Shown: one piece after another, positions 47,911 through 59,421 of the stretch
Numbering within the stretch: the stretch's first letter is position 1
Layout of the letters: every line of letters starts with the position of its first letter
DNA from: Mustelus asterias
Lineage: Eukaryota
Direction: 5' to 3'
Assembly: GCF_964213995.1 (NCBI RefSeq)
Contig: NW_027590154.1
Location: 620,001 to 684,000 of the forward strand
Length of the DNA: 64,000 bases
Program-made: the position numbers and the translations under genes
Notes under the pieces: model-generated
What the model saw: only the letters and a program-made list of their open reading frames with translations
The model's database searches: none
What the model was told of the DNA's origin: nothing

Positions 47911-48634
47911 ATTTATCTGATTGTTTCACTGGTGATCGAGCTAAGAAATTATTGGAGATCCTCGATGAGGGGTGTTTTATAATGTAATACTTTGTACAAA
48001 ATAAAGACCGTGTTTTTATTTTTCAAATAGTTTTGAAATATTGTGTGTGTTGTTATAATTCGGGTCGAGAACTTTAACGTTCAGTGAGAAATCCAAACAC
48101 CCATCACAAGATTCCAGGTTTTTAAACAAAATCAAACTTTACTGAATATAAACAGAATATTCAAAACCAGCTCGATGAATTATATTTTGTAAAGATTTAT
48201 GCTGTAAACTCAGTTCTGACTCAAAACATGAACTCTGTTTTCACTCTCTACAGATGCTGCCAGACCTGCTGAGGTTTTGCAGCATTTTTCAGTTTTTGTA
48301 CTTTTTAAACCCTTACTCCTCGACAAGAATGCCCTTATACTTAATATCTTGAATGTGCATTCACTTCTGTTCCTGGGACAAATCCCAAAGGTAGGTCAAA
48401 GCTCCCAGCATTCACTTTAATTCTCCTCAGTAATCCAGCGATTCTCCAGACTCCAAGATTTCATGAGGATCCTTCTATTAGCTTTCGGCTAAACAACTCT
48501 CCAACTTTCCTTTGAGATTTCAAAATTGACTCAAAACATGGACTCCTCAATCCAAGCATGGACTTCACTGCCTTCTTGCTGAGGGATTTAAACATTGGGA
48601 ACACCCATGGTTCCTAATGACCTCCTCGGCTTCT

Positions 48635-48842
48635 GGTCTCACAGCTGGTTCACAGCTCCCGGTCCCACAGCTGGTTCACAGCTCCCAGTCCCACAGCTGG
48701 TTCACAGCTCCCGGTCCCACAGCTGGTTCACAGCTCCCAGTCCCACAGCTGGTTCACAGCTCCCGGTCCCACAGCTGGTTCACAGCTCCCGGTCCCACAG
48801 CTGGTTCACAGCTCCCGGTCCCACAGCTGGTTCACAGCTCCC
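48635..48842. repeat. Minisatellite, 8 x 26 bp (rgtcccacagctggttcacagctccc)
   Basis: Read directly; near-perfect copies. Confidence 0.95.
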
Positions 48843-50089
48843 AAGCTAACTGCAGACTGCCTGCTTTCTGTGAGAAACACCCAGAATTCCAACCAAGACC
48901 ACCCTGAATCACTTATCCCCATGGTAACAGACCAGTAGGGATGTCCAAAAGATGTTTAAATTAATTAACTTTTAGTTTCAGAACCAAACCTTTTTTCTTG
49001 AGGTGTGTGTGAAGAATTCCCCTCTCGAACAAAGACAGGAAAAAAATTGTCAGACCCAATGTCTCCAGCTAAAAGAGCCCAGCTGCCGTGTTACACTTGT
49101 TCTTACCCTTCTAGCTTTGACTTCTCAAACCAACATGGGCCACACCTTGTGACTGCAAATTCCCTCAGTGTGTTTTTATCAGATTCTCAACCCAGGTTTA
49201 CATTTTTTTTAAAATCCGAAATTAATATTTCTAAAACACATGAATTATTAAACTAGATCTTCACAACATATTCCCAGGAAGACATGAAAATGTATCACTC
49301 TATAATATCCCATTTAGAATATTACAAGGTAAAACATACTGGATATCTTAACAACAGTCATGATCTAATCAAATTGTGCAGCAGGCTCGAAGGGCCAAAT
49401 GGCCAACTCCTGTTCCTAAGTCCACTGTTTTCCTGTGTTTAACTATCTTATGACCTGCAATAGACATAATAATCCCTCCATTGTCCACTTCACAGTCACA
49501 AGTCCAGCTTGGTAACAGCACACTGCTGGGTTCCATGTCCAGGAATTCAGTCCACTGAAGATGGAAAATATTATTGGTTTCAGTGTTTTCTGAAAATTTT
49601 CTTCTTTCAGTAATTATAGTAATTTTTAATAATTATAGTTTCTTCTACAAGAGAAGAGTCCTCATTGCTGTTCAGTTGTGGATTTCCAATTCTGAAAACA
49701 GTCTGTTCAGAGTTCACATTTTGAAATTTATTTTCTTCCATGTTTGCAGTTCCTCCATTGTTTAAATCCAGAGAGAATATTCCAGTTAATTCCACATTGA
49801 AATGTCTTCTTCTTGCTCTGTTGTAGCTGCAGCTTCATTTTTAATTTCATTTCCCAGAATCAAACATTCTGGATTCTCTTTTGGAGAGAGCAAGTTCAAA
49901 ATGGCTTCTTTTTGTGCCAACAACTCCTTCCTTCATTGGACAAAATCTTATTTCGCCATTTTAAGAATGTTGTTAAAATGCTTTTTATGTTAAGCAAAAA
50001 GGTCCGATATTCTTGTTTGGAGTATTTTGGACCTTGGGCTTCAGAAATCGGGGAATTGAGAACAAAAGCAGGGAAGTTATTCTGATAGT

Positions 50090-50430
50090 TTTAAAGCTCT
50101 GGTGAGGCCACAACAGAATACTGAGCCCAGTTCTGGTCACCACACTTTAGGAAGGATGTGAGGGTCCTTGAGAGAGTCGAGAGGAGATTTACCACAATGG
50201 TTCCAGAGATGAGGAAGATGACGCGAATGTGGAACTCGCTACCAGTGAGTGGTTGAGGTGAATAACATGGATACATTGAAGGGGAAGCTAGATACATACA
50301 TGAGGGAGAGAGGAATAGAAGGATATGCTGATGGGGGAGAGGAAGAGGGGTGGGTGGAGGCTCATGTGGAACATAAATACTGACACAGACCAATTGAGCC
50401 GACTGGCCTGGCCCTGTGCTGTAGACTCAC
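50090..50430 (+). mobile_element. Old CR1 fragment
   Basis: ctggtgaggccacaacagaatactgagcccagttctggtcaccaca (LVRPxxEYxAQFWSP). Confidence 0.7.
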
Positions 50431-50667
50431 TGGAACAGAGACAAATGTATTTATTTTTGATTTACCTGGTGTTTGTGGGTCATCTCAGTAAAATGTGCAC
50501 TCCCAAATTCAAACAGCATCGACCCACTGGAAGCAAAGCCATGAGGTCGGTCAGTCCAGCAGAAAGAAACCCTCCAACCCTCTCACTTCAGCAACTGTCA
50601 GAATGAACATGGTTCAGTCCTGGATGTGATTAACAGCAGCAAGAACAGCAGAATCCAACCCCTGTCA

Positions 50668-51510
50668 TCACTTGTGAATTCGCTGGTGTCTTAGCAGGTG
50701 AGATGACCGTTTAAATCTATTCCCACACTCAGAGCAGCTGAACGGCCTCTCCCCAGTGTGAACTCGCTGGTGTGTGAGCAGATTGGAGATCTGAGTGAAT
50801 CCCTTCCCACAGTCAGAGCAAGTGAATGGCCTCTCCCCAGTATGAACTCGCTGGTGTGCCAACAGGGTGGATGAATGACTGAAACCCTTCCCGCACACAG
50901 AGCAGGTGAAGGGTGTCTCCCCAGTGTGAACTCGCTGGTGTATTAGCAGTTGGGATGATGTTCTAAATCTCTTCACGCAGTGAGAGCAGCTGAACGGTCT
51001 GTCCTCAGTGTGAATGCGCTGGTGGCCCATCAGAGTCTGAGAGCTTTTGAAGCTACGCCCACAGTCTGAGCATTTAAACAGTCTCTCATTCATGTGAGTG
51101 ACACGGTGTGTCTGCAGGGTGGATGAATGACTGAATCCCTTCCCACACACACAGCAGGTGAACGGCCTCTCCCCAGAGTGAACTCGCCGGTGCCTCCACA
51201 GGGTGGAACGATCGCTGAATCCTTTCCCACAGTCTGAGCAGGCGAAAGGCCTCTCCCCGGTGTGAACTCGCTGGTGGGTCAGCAGGCTGGATAACTGAGT
51301 GAATCCTTTCCCACACACGGAGCAGGTGAACGGCCTCTCCCCAGAATGAACTCGCTGGTGTCTCAGCAGGGTGGTTGATATACTGAATCCCTTCCCACAC
51401 ACAGAGCAGGTGAACGGCCTCTCCCCAGTGTGAACTCGTCGATGTGTGTCCAGTGCAGATGGGCACTGGAATCCCTTCCCACAGTCCCCACATTTCCATG
51501 GTCTCTCCAT
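50668..51510 (-). CDS. Tandem C2H2 zinc-finger protein, 280 aa, 10 fingers
   Basis: accATGg start MERPWKC at 51510 (the tracked start at 51552 is TTG); ends HK*. Confidence 0.88.
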   Translation of the reverse strand: MERPWKCGDCGKGFQCPSALDTHRRVHTGERPFTCSVCGKGFSISTTLLRHQRVHSGERPFTCSVCGKGFTQLSSLLTHQRVHTGERPFACSDCGKGFSDRSTLWRHRRVHSGERPFTCCVCGKGFSHSSTLQTHRVTHMNERLFKCSDCGRSFKSSQTLMGHQRIHTEDRPFSCSHCVKRFRTSSQLLIHQRVHTGETPFTCSVCGKGFSHSSTLLAHQRVHTGERPFTCSDCGKGFTQISNLLTHQRVHTGERPFSCSECGNRFKRSSHLLRHQRIHK

Positions 51511-52399
51511 GGTGCCAGTGTCCTTTTGATAATGAGTTGATTCCACATCCAAGTACAGAACACGTGTACAGTTTCTCCTCGCTGTGAATGGGGTGATGTT
51601 TTTCAGGCTGTGTTACTGGTTGAAGCTCTTTCCACAGTCAGTTCACTGGAACACTCTCACTCGGGGGTGTGGGGTCTCCATTCTTGTCCAGTCACACTGA
51701 TGTTTGAAATCTTTTCCCACAGACAGAACAAACAAACATTTCTTCTCATACATTCAAACGGCAATTATATTCAGGTCCTGATGAATCCAGTGACTTTGTA
51801 ACATCTTGTTGTGACGTTTGGTGTGAGATTTCAGTCTGTAAATTCTCTCCTTCTAATATCCTGTTTATAGAAGTTATCAGTGTAAGTATAGGACTGAAAT
51901 TCAAAACAGACCATTCTAGTTTCCATGAAATATTCTTTGCTTTCTCATTCCCTAAAGTTGTAAATCTCCATCCCACACACTCTCCCCCCCATTGTCATAC
52001 TGCTGTACCTAATACACACCCTCCCAATTCTCCTGAAGGTGCTGATTCAGGCTGATTGACAGACCCATGCTCCTGTCCAGTACAAAGAGACCTGAAAATC
52101 TTCATGCAGGCTGCTACCCAATGTCCACATTACTAAACATATCATTGATCAGCAATAGAAAGGAGATGTGAGGACCAATTTCATTCACGAGTGGTCACGA
52201 CCTCACCCCACTGCTTCTGTGCATGGTGGAATCAGAAATGATCAATGATTTGAAAAATAAATCAGATAGGTGTGAAGGAATTAAAAAGGGAACAGAGTTA
52301 TGGAGGGGAAATGGGACTGAGTGGATTGATGTACAGAGAGTCAGCATGGACTTCTTCCAACTATCACTGGAATATATACAACATTTCAGGCAATGTAGT

Positions 52400-54512
52400 G
52401 GAAGACACGCCCTGTCTACATCAACGGTGACAAAGTGGAAATGGTTGAGAGCTCAAGTTTCTAGGTGTTCAGATCACAACAACCTGTCCTGGTCCCTCGA
52501 AACTGCTGCTTTAGTTAAGAAAGCCCACCAACGCCTCTACTTTCTCAAGAGGCTAAGGAAATTCAACATGTCAACTACGACTCTCATCAATTTTTACAGG
52601 GACACCACAGCTTGGTATTGCTGCTGCTCTGACCAAGAGTGCAAGAAACTACAAGGAGTGTGAATGTGGCCCAGTGCATCACGCAGATCAGCCTCTTATC
52701 CATTGACACTGTCTACATTTCCTATTGCCTCAGAAAAGCAGCCAGCATAATCAAGGACCCCACTTATCCTGGAAATTCTCTTTTCTATCTTCTTCCGTCG
52801 GGAAAAAGATACAAAAGTCTGAGGTCACATACCAACCGACTCAAGAACAGCTTCTTCCTTGCTGCTATCAGACTTTTACAAACAAAGAACAAAGAAACTT
52901 ACAGCACAGAAACAGGCCCTTTGGCCCTCCAAGCCAGCACCGACCATGCTGCCTGACTGAACTAAAACCCCCTACCCTTCCGGGGACCATATCCCTCCAT
53001 TCCCATCCTATTCATGTATTTGTCAAAAAGCCCCTTAAAAGTCACTATCATATCTGCTTCTACTTTCTCCCCCGGCAGCAAGTTCCAGGCACCCACCACC
53101 CTCTGTGTAAAAAACTTGTAAGAAGTTTAACAACACCAGGTTAAAGTCCAACAGGTTTGTTTGGTAGCAAAAGCCACACAAGCTTTCGGAGCTCTAAGCC
53201 CCTTCTTCAGGTGAGTGGGAATTCTGTTCACAAACAGAGCTTATAAAGACACAGACTCAATTTACATGAATAATGGTTGGAATGCAAATACTTACAACTA
53301 ATCAAGTCTTTAAGAAACAAAACAATGTGAGTGGAGAGAGCATCAAGACAGGCTAAAAAGATGTGTATTGTCTCCAGACAAGACAGCCAGTGAAACTCTG
53401 CAGGTCCACGCAACTGTGGACAGATCTTTTTAGCCTGTCTTGATGCTCTCTCCACTCACATTGTTTTGTTTCTTAAAGACTTGATTAGTTGTAAGTATTC
53501 GCATTCCAACCATTATTCATGTAAATTGAGTCTGTGTCTTTATAAGCTCTGTTTGTGAACAGAATTCCCACTCACCTGAAGAAGGGGCTTAGAGCTCCGA
53601 AAGCTTGTGAGGCTTTTGCTACCAAATAAAACTGTTGGACTTTAACCTGGTGTTGTTAAACTTCTTACTGTGTTTACCCCAGTCCAACGCCGGCATCTCC
53701 ACATCATAAAAAACTTGTCTCATACATCTCCTTTAAACCTTGGCCCTCACACATTAAACCTGTGCCCCCTAGTAATTGACTCTTCCATCCTGGGAAAAAG
53801 TTTCTGACTATCCACTCTGTCCATGCGGCACGGTAGCACAGTGGTTAGCACTACTGCTTCACAGCTCCAAGGACCCGGGTTCGATTCCCGGCTTGGGTTA
53901 CTGTTTGTGTGGAGTTTGCACATTCTCCTCATGTCTGCGTGGGTTTCCTCCGGGTGCTCCTGTTTCCTCCCACAGTCCAAAGATGTGCAGGTTAGGTTGA
54001 TTGGCCGTGCTAAAATTGCCCATTAGTGTCCTGAGATGCGTAGGTTAGAGGGATTAGCGGGTAAATATGTAGGGGTGTGGGGGCCTGGGTGGGATTGTGG
54101 TCGGTGCAGACTCGATGGGCCAAATGGCCTCTTTCTCCACTGTAGGGTTTCTATGATTCTATGCCCCTCATAATCTTGTAGACTTCCATCAGGTCGCCCC
54201 TCAACCTCCGTCGTTCCAGTGAGAACAAACCAAGTTTCTCCAACCTCTCCTCATAGCTAATGCCCTCCATACTAGGCAACATCCTGGTAAATCTTTTCTG
54301 TACCCTCTCCAAAGCCTCCTCCTTTTGAATGGACCTACCTCATATTGAGCTGATCTCTCTCTTCACCCTTTCTGTAACTGTAACACTATATTCTGCACTC
54401 TCTCCTTTCCTACTCCCCTATGTACTCTATGAACAGTATGCTTTGTCTGTATACCGCGCAAGAAACAATACTTTTCACTGTATCCCAATACATGTGACAA
54501 TAAATAAAATCA
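52400..54512 (+). mobile_element. Rex1/Babar fragment hosting a CR1 (about 52878-54320, -), which hosts a Penelope inverted repeat and an HE1-type SINE (53825-54163, +)
   Basis: Rex KKAHQRLYFLKRL peptide; Rex resumes at ctttt|gaatggacc; CR1 is collinear across both inserts. Confidence 0.8.
53118..53706. mobile_element. Penelope-type element: inverted repeat arms of about 245 bp with a 12-bp TSD
   Basis: 53118-53362 is the reverse complement of 53424-53668 with few mismatches; taaaaaacttgt at 53108-53119 and 53707-53718. Confidence 0.82.
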
Positions 54513-54529
54513 AACCCATTGCTGCATTT

Positions 54530-55250
54530 CCTTCCTGAAGCCACATTTGTCCAGTGGGGCCTGGCCCCGGGAGAAAGCGCTGCAGCTGCCGTTGTGTTGG
54601 GTGTTGAGGCGGTGCCGCTAGTTCCTTATTGGGGGTGTTGAAGCCTCCACTGGGTGTGTGGAGCCTCCCCTCCCACCCACTGCCCCTAACGCTGCCTCCG
54701 CTTATCCGCCTCCTTCCCGCCTGAAGATCAGACAAACAAGCGCCTGTCCCTGGACATGAGCTGCACTGCGCATGCTCAACGTCACAATGCCCAGGGACTG
54801 ATTGACGGCAGCTCCGGACCAATAGGAAAAGGGGGCGGGGCTGGCGGACCGAGCGGGAGCGGCTGGTCCTCCAACCAGAGTGAATAGGGGAGGGGTCTGA
54901 AGCATGCGCAGTGCGGGTAATGGCGGCGGACGGACGGTTTTAACTCGAATCCGAGATCAGTTTAAGGTCGAGGGCGGCGCGCAGAGAGCGATGAATGTGG
55001 TGGGTGGAGAGGCTTCGTAAACATGTTGTTCAAACCCAAACCCCGGAAAATAACTTTCCGGGCGCCCTGTTGGTACCAAATTGGAGGCGCAACTTGTCGT
55101 GTTGGGCCTGGGCTGACGGCCGCCAATGTGTCGGTGGCAATGTCTATCAGTGCGCATGTGCGGCCGGCATCTTTGTCAGGGGCAATGTGCAACAGGGTGC
55201 AGGTGCGATCGCCATGTTTGTAGGGGGCGCAGGAGTGTCGACCTTTGTGA
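54530..55250. promoter_or_regulatory. Bidirectional CpG-island promoter, for the ZNF at 51510 (-) and an unidentified plus-strand transcript
   Basis: Outward-facing gcactgcgcatgct and agcatgcgcagtgc; CCAAT and GC boxes; paralog of 18130-18355. Confidence 0.72.
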
Positions 55251-55611
55251 TGTATGGGACCTGAACCCACTGCAGTCCATGTTGTGCAGGTACATCCACC
55301 CCGCTGGTAGGGAGAGAATTCCATGATTTTGACCCAGCGACTGTGACGGAATGGTGATATATTTCCAGATGTGGAGATAAGAACATAAGAAATAGGAGCA
55401 GGAGTTGGCCATCTCGCCCTTCAAGCCTGCTCCGCCATTCAATAAGATCATGGCTGATTTGATAGTGGGTTCAATTCCACTTACACACCCGCTCCCCATA
55501 ACCCTTAATTCCCTTAATGGTTAAAAATCTATCCATAGAACATAGAACAGTACAGCACAGAACAGGCCCTTCGGCCCACGATGTTGTGCCGACCTTCATC
55601 TGAAACCAAGA

Positions 55612-58482
55612 TCAAGCTATCCCACTCCCTACCATCCTGGTGTGCTCCATGTGCCTATCCAATAACCGCTTAAATGTTCCTAAAGTGTCTGACTCCACTA
55701 TCACTGCAGGCAGTCCATTCCACACCCCAACCACTCTCTGCGTGAAGAACCTACCTCTGATATCCTTCCTATATCTCCCACCATGAACCCTATAGTTATG
55801 CCCCCTCGTAATAGCTCCATCCACCCGAGGAAATAGTCTTTGAACGTTCACTCGATCTATCCCCTTCATCATTTTATAAACCTCTATTAAGTCTCCCCTC
55901 AATCTCCTCCGCTCCAGAGAGAACAGCCCCAGCTCCCTCAACCTTTCCTCATAAGACCGACACTCCAAACCAGGCAGCATCCTGGTAAATCTCCTCTGCA
56001 CTCTTTCCAGCGCTTCCACATCCTTCTTATAGTGAGGTGACCAGAACTGCACGCAATATTCCAAATGCGGTCTCACCAAGGTCCTGTACAGTTGCAGCAT
56101 AACCCCACGGCTCTTAAACTCCAACCCCCTGTTAATAAAAGCTAACACACTATATGCCTTCTTCACAGCTCTATCCACTTGAGTGGCAACCTTTAGAGAT
56201 CTGTGGATATGGACCCCAAGATCTCTCTGTTCCTCCACAGTCTTCAGAACCCTACCTTTGACCCTGTAATCCACATTTAAATTAGTCCTACCAAAATGAA
56301 TCACCTCACATTTATCAGGGTTAAACTCCATTTGCCATTTTTCAGCCCAGCTTTGCATCCTATCTATGTCTCTTTGCAGCCTACAACACCCCTCCACCTC
56401 ATCCACTACTCCACCAATCTTGGTGTCATCAGCAAATTTACTGATCCACCCTTCAGCCCCCTCCTCTAAGTCATTAATAAAAATCACAAAGAGCAGAGGA
56501 CCAAGCACCGATCCCTGCGGCACTCCGCTAGCAACCTGCCTCCAGTCCGAAAATTTTCCATCCACCACCACCCTCTGTCTTCGATCAGACAGCCAGTTAC
56601 CTATCCAATCGGCCAACTTTCCCTCTATCCCACACCTCCTTACTTTCATCATAAGCCGACCATGGGGGACCTTATCAAACGCCTTACTAAAATCCATGTA
56701 TATGACATCAACCGCCCTACCTTCATCAACACACCTAGTTACCTCCTCAAAAAATTCTATCAAATTTGTGAGGCACGATTTGCCCTTCACAAATCCGTGC
56801 TGACTATCCCGGATTAATCCGCATCTTTCTAAATGGTCGTAAATCCCATCCCTAAGGACCTTTTCCATCAATTTACCAACCACCGAAGTCAGACTAACCG
56901 GTCTATAATTACCAGGGTCATTTCTATTCCCTTTCTTAAACAGAGGAACAACATTTGCCACTCTCCAGTCCTCTGGCACCATCCCCGTGGACAGCGAGGA
57001 CCCAAAGATCAAAGCCAAAGGCTCTGCAATCTCATCCCTCGCCTCCCAAAGAATCCTAGGATACATTTCATCAGGCCCAGGGGACTTATCGACCTTCAGT
57101 TTATTCAAAACTGCCAATACATCCTCCCTCCGAACATCTATTTCCTCCAGCCTATTAGCCTGTAACACCTTCTCTTCCTGAAAAACATGGCCCCTCTCCT
57201 TGGTGAACACTGAAGAAAAGTATTCATTCATCACCTCGCCTATCTCTACTGATTCCATACACAAGTTCCCACCACTGTCCTTGACCGGCCCTAACCTCAC
57301 CCTGGTCATTCTTTTATTCCTCACATAAGAGTAAAAAGCCTTGGGGTTTTCCTTGATCCGACCCGCCAAGGACTTCTCATGTCCCCTCCTAGCTCTCCTC
57401 AGCCCCTTTTTCAGCTCGTTCCTTGCTAACTTGTAACCCTCAGTCGAGCCATCTGAACCTTGTTTCCTCATCCCTCCATAAGCTTCCCTCTTCCTTTTCA
57501 CAAGACATTCCACCTCTTTTGTGAACCACGGTTCCCTCACTCGGCCATTTCCTCCCTGCCTGACAGGGACATACCTATCAAGGACACCCAGTATTTGTTC
57601 CTTGAAAAAGTTCCACTTTTCATCAGTGCCTTTCCCTGACAGTTTCTGTTCCCATCTTATGCCCCCTAATTCTTGCCTAATCGCATCATAATTACCTCTC
57701 CCCCAATTGTAAGCCTTGCCCTGCCGTCCGGCCCTATCCCTCTCCATTGCAATAACAAAAGACACCGAATTGTGGTCACTATCTCCAAAGTTCTCTCCCA
57801 CAACCAAATCTAACACTTGGCCCGGTTCATTTCCCAGTACCAAATCCAATGTGGCCTCACCCCTTGTCGGCCTATCCACATATTGTGTCAGGAAACCCTC
57901 CTGCACACACTGCACAAAAAGTGCCCCATCCAAACTATTTGACCTACAAAGGTTCCAATCAATATTTGGAAAGTTAAAGTCCCCCATGACAACTACCCTG
58001 TGACCCCCACACGTATCCATAATCTGCTTAGCAATTTCTTCCTCCACATCTCTATTACTATTTGGGGGCCTATAGTAAACTCCTAGCAACGTGACCGCTC
58101 CTTTCCTGTTTCTAACTGCAGCCCATATTACCTCAGTGTGCATATCCCCCTCAAAGTGCTTTTCCGCAGCCGTTAAACTATCCTTGATTAACAATGCTAC
58201 TCCTCCACCTCTTTTACCAGCTTCCCTACACTTAGTGAAACATCTGTACCCCGGAACGTCCAACAACCATTCCTGTCCTTGTTCTACCCACGTCTCCGTA
58301 ATGGCCACAACATCATAGTCCCAAGTAGCAATCCACGCCCCAAGTTCATCCACCTTGTTCCGGATGCTCCTTGCATTGAAGTAGACACACTTCAACCCAT
58401 CTTCCTGTCTACCGGTACCCACCCTTGACCTTGATACCTTCCCCAATACCTCACCACCCTCAACACTGACTTCTTTTCCCAC
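55612..58482 (-). CDS. CR1 ORF2: APE endonuclease and reverse transcriptase (956 aa open, no N-terminal ATG)
   Basis: FNARS, ITETW, GDFN, SDH; PQGSVLGP, FADD; the tracked start codon is GTG. Confidence 0.92.
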   Translation of the reverse strand: MGKEVSVEGGEVLGKVSRSRVGTGRQEDGLKCVYFNARSIRNKVDELGAWIATWDYDVVAITETWVEQGQEWLLDVPGYRCFTKCREAGKRGGGVALLIKDSLTAAEKHFEGDMHTEVIWAAVRNRKGAVTLLGVYYRPPNSNRDVEEEIAKQIMDTCGGHRVVVMGDFNFPNIDWNLCRSNSLDGALFVQCVQEGFLTQYVDRPTRGEATLDLVLGNEPGQVLDLVVGENFGDSDHNSVSFVIAMERDRAGRQGKAYNWGRGNYDAIRQELGGIRWEQKLSGKGTDEKWNFFKEQILGVLDRYVPVRQGGNGRVREPWFTKEVECLVKRKREAYGGMRKQGSDGSTEGYKLARNELKKGLRRARRGHEKSLAGRIKENPKAFYSYVRNKRMTRVRLGPVKDSGGNLCMESVEIGEVMNEYFSSVFTKERGHVFQEEKVLQANRLEEIDVRREDVLAVLNKLKVDKSPGPDEMYPRILWEARDEIAEPLALIFGSSLSTGMVPEDWRVANVVPLFKKGNRNDPGNYRPVSLTSVVGKLMEKVLRDGIYDHLERCGLIRDSQHGFVKGKSCLTNLIEFFEEVTRCVDEGRAVDVIYMDFSKAFDKVPHGRLMMKVRRCGIEGKLADWIGNWLSDRRQRVVVDGKFSDWRQVASGVPQGSVLGPLLFVIFINDLEEGAEGWISKFADDTKIGGVVDEVEGCCRLQRDIDRMQSWAEKWQMEFNPDKCEVIHFGRTNLNVDYRVKGRVLKTVEEQRDLGVHIHRSLKVATQVDRAVKKAYSVLAFINRGLEFKSRGVMLQLYRTLVRPHLEYCVQFWSPHYKKDVEALERVQRRFTRMLPGLECRSYEERLRELGLFSLERRRLRGDLIEVYKMMKGIDRVNVQRLFPRVDGAITRGHNYRVHGGRYRKDIRGRFFTQRVVGVWNGLPAVIVESDTLGTFKRLLDRHMEHTRMVGSGIA

Positions 58483-58494
58483 TCCCCTGACAAA

Positions 58495-59421
58495 TTAGTT
58501 TAAATCCCCCTGAAGAGCCGTAGCAAATTTCCCTCCCAGGATATTGGTGCCCCTCTGGTTCAGGTGCACCCCGTCCTGTTTGTAGAGGTCCCACCTTCCC
58601 CAGAACGTGTTCCAATTATCCACGTATCTGAAACCCTCCCTCCTGCACCATCCCTGCAACCACATGTTTAAGTGCACTCTCTCCCTGTTCCTCAACTCGC
58701 TATCACGTGGCACCGGTAGCGTACCAGAGATGACCACATGTTTTGTCTTTGCTCTCAGCTTCCAGCCGAGCTCCCGAAATTCCTGTTTTAAATCCCCGTC
58801 CCTTCTCTTACCTATGTCGTTGGTACCAATGTGTACCACGACTTGTGACTGTTTCCCCTCCCCCTTAAGAATCCGGAAAACACGGTCCGAGACGTCACGG
58901 ACCCTGGCATCCGGTAGGCAACAAACCATCCTCGAGTCTCTTTTGCTGCCACAGAACCTCCTATCTATCCCTCTAACTAACGAGTCCCCAATAACTATTG
59001 CCCTCCCGCTCTCCTCCTTACCCTCCTGAGCCACAGGGACGGACTCAGTGCCGGAGATCCTCTCACTGCGGCTCACCACTGGTATGTCGTCCCCCTCAAC
59101 CGTATCCAAAGCGGAATACTTATTGCTAAGGGGAACGACCACAGGGGATCCCTGCACCGACTGCTTCTTCCCAGCCCCTCTCACCGTCACCCATCTATTT
59201 TCATTCCGCGGAGTAACTGTATCCCTGAAGCTTCTGTCTATGGCCATCTCTGCATCCCTAATGATCCTAAGTTCCTCCAACTCCAGCTCCAGTTCCCTTA
59301 CACGGTTTTGGAGGAGCTGCAGATGGATGCACTTCTCACAGGTATAATCAGCAGGGACACTGACGTCGTCCCTCACCTCGAACATAGTGCAAGAGGAACA
59401 TTGCACTGCCTGCACACCCAT
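58495..59421 (-). CDS. CR1 ORF1: CxxC-CxxC zinc finger, coiled coil and SGNH/GDSL esterase
   Basis: CSSC...CEKC; heptad Leu pattern; IGDSLV, HIGTND, DGVHL. Confidence 0.9.
   Translation of the reverse strand: MGVQAVQCSSCTMFEVRDDVSVPADYTCEKCIHLQLLQNRVRELELELEELRIIRDAEMAIDRSFRDTVTPRNENRWVTVRGAGKKQSVQGSPVVVPLSNKYSALDTVEGDDIPVVSRSERISGTESVPVAQEGKEESGRAIVIGDSLVRGIDRRFCGSKRDSRMVCCLPDARVRDVSDRVFRILKGEGKQSQVVVHIGTNDIGKRRDGDLKQEFRELGWKLRAKTKHVVISGTLPVPRDSELRNRERVHLNMWLQGWCRREGFRYVDNWNTFWGRWDLYKQDGVHLNQRGTNILGGKFATALQGDLN

Noticed and set aside
48635-48842. CRISPR-like array
   Set aside because: No unique spacers, eukaryotic context; it is a plain minisatellite
49560-50085. Gag-like or host coding fragment on the minus strand
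   Set aside because: Several stops and no recognisable motif
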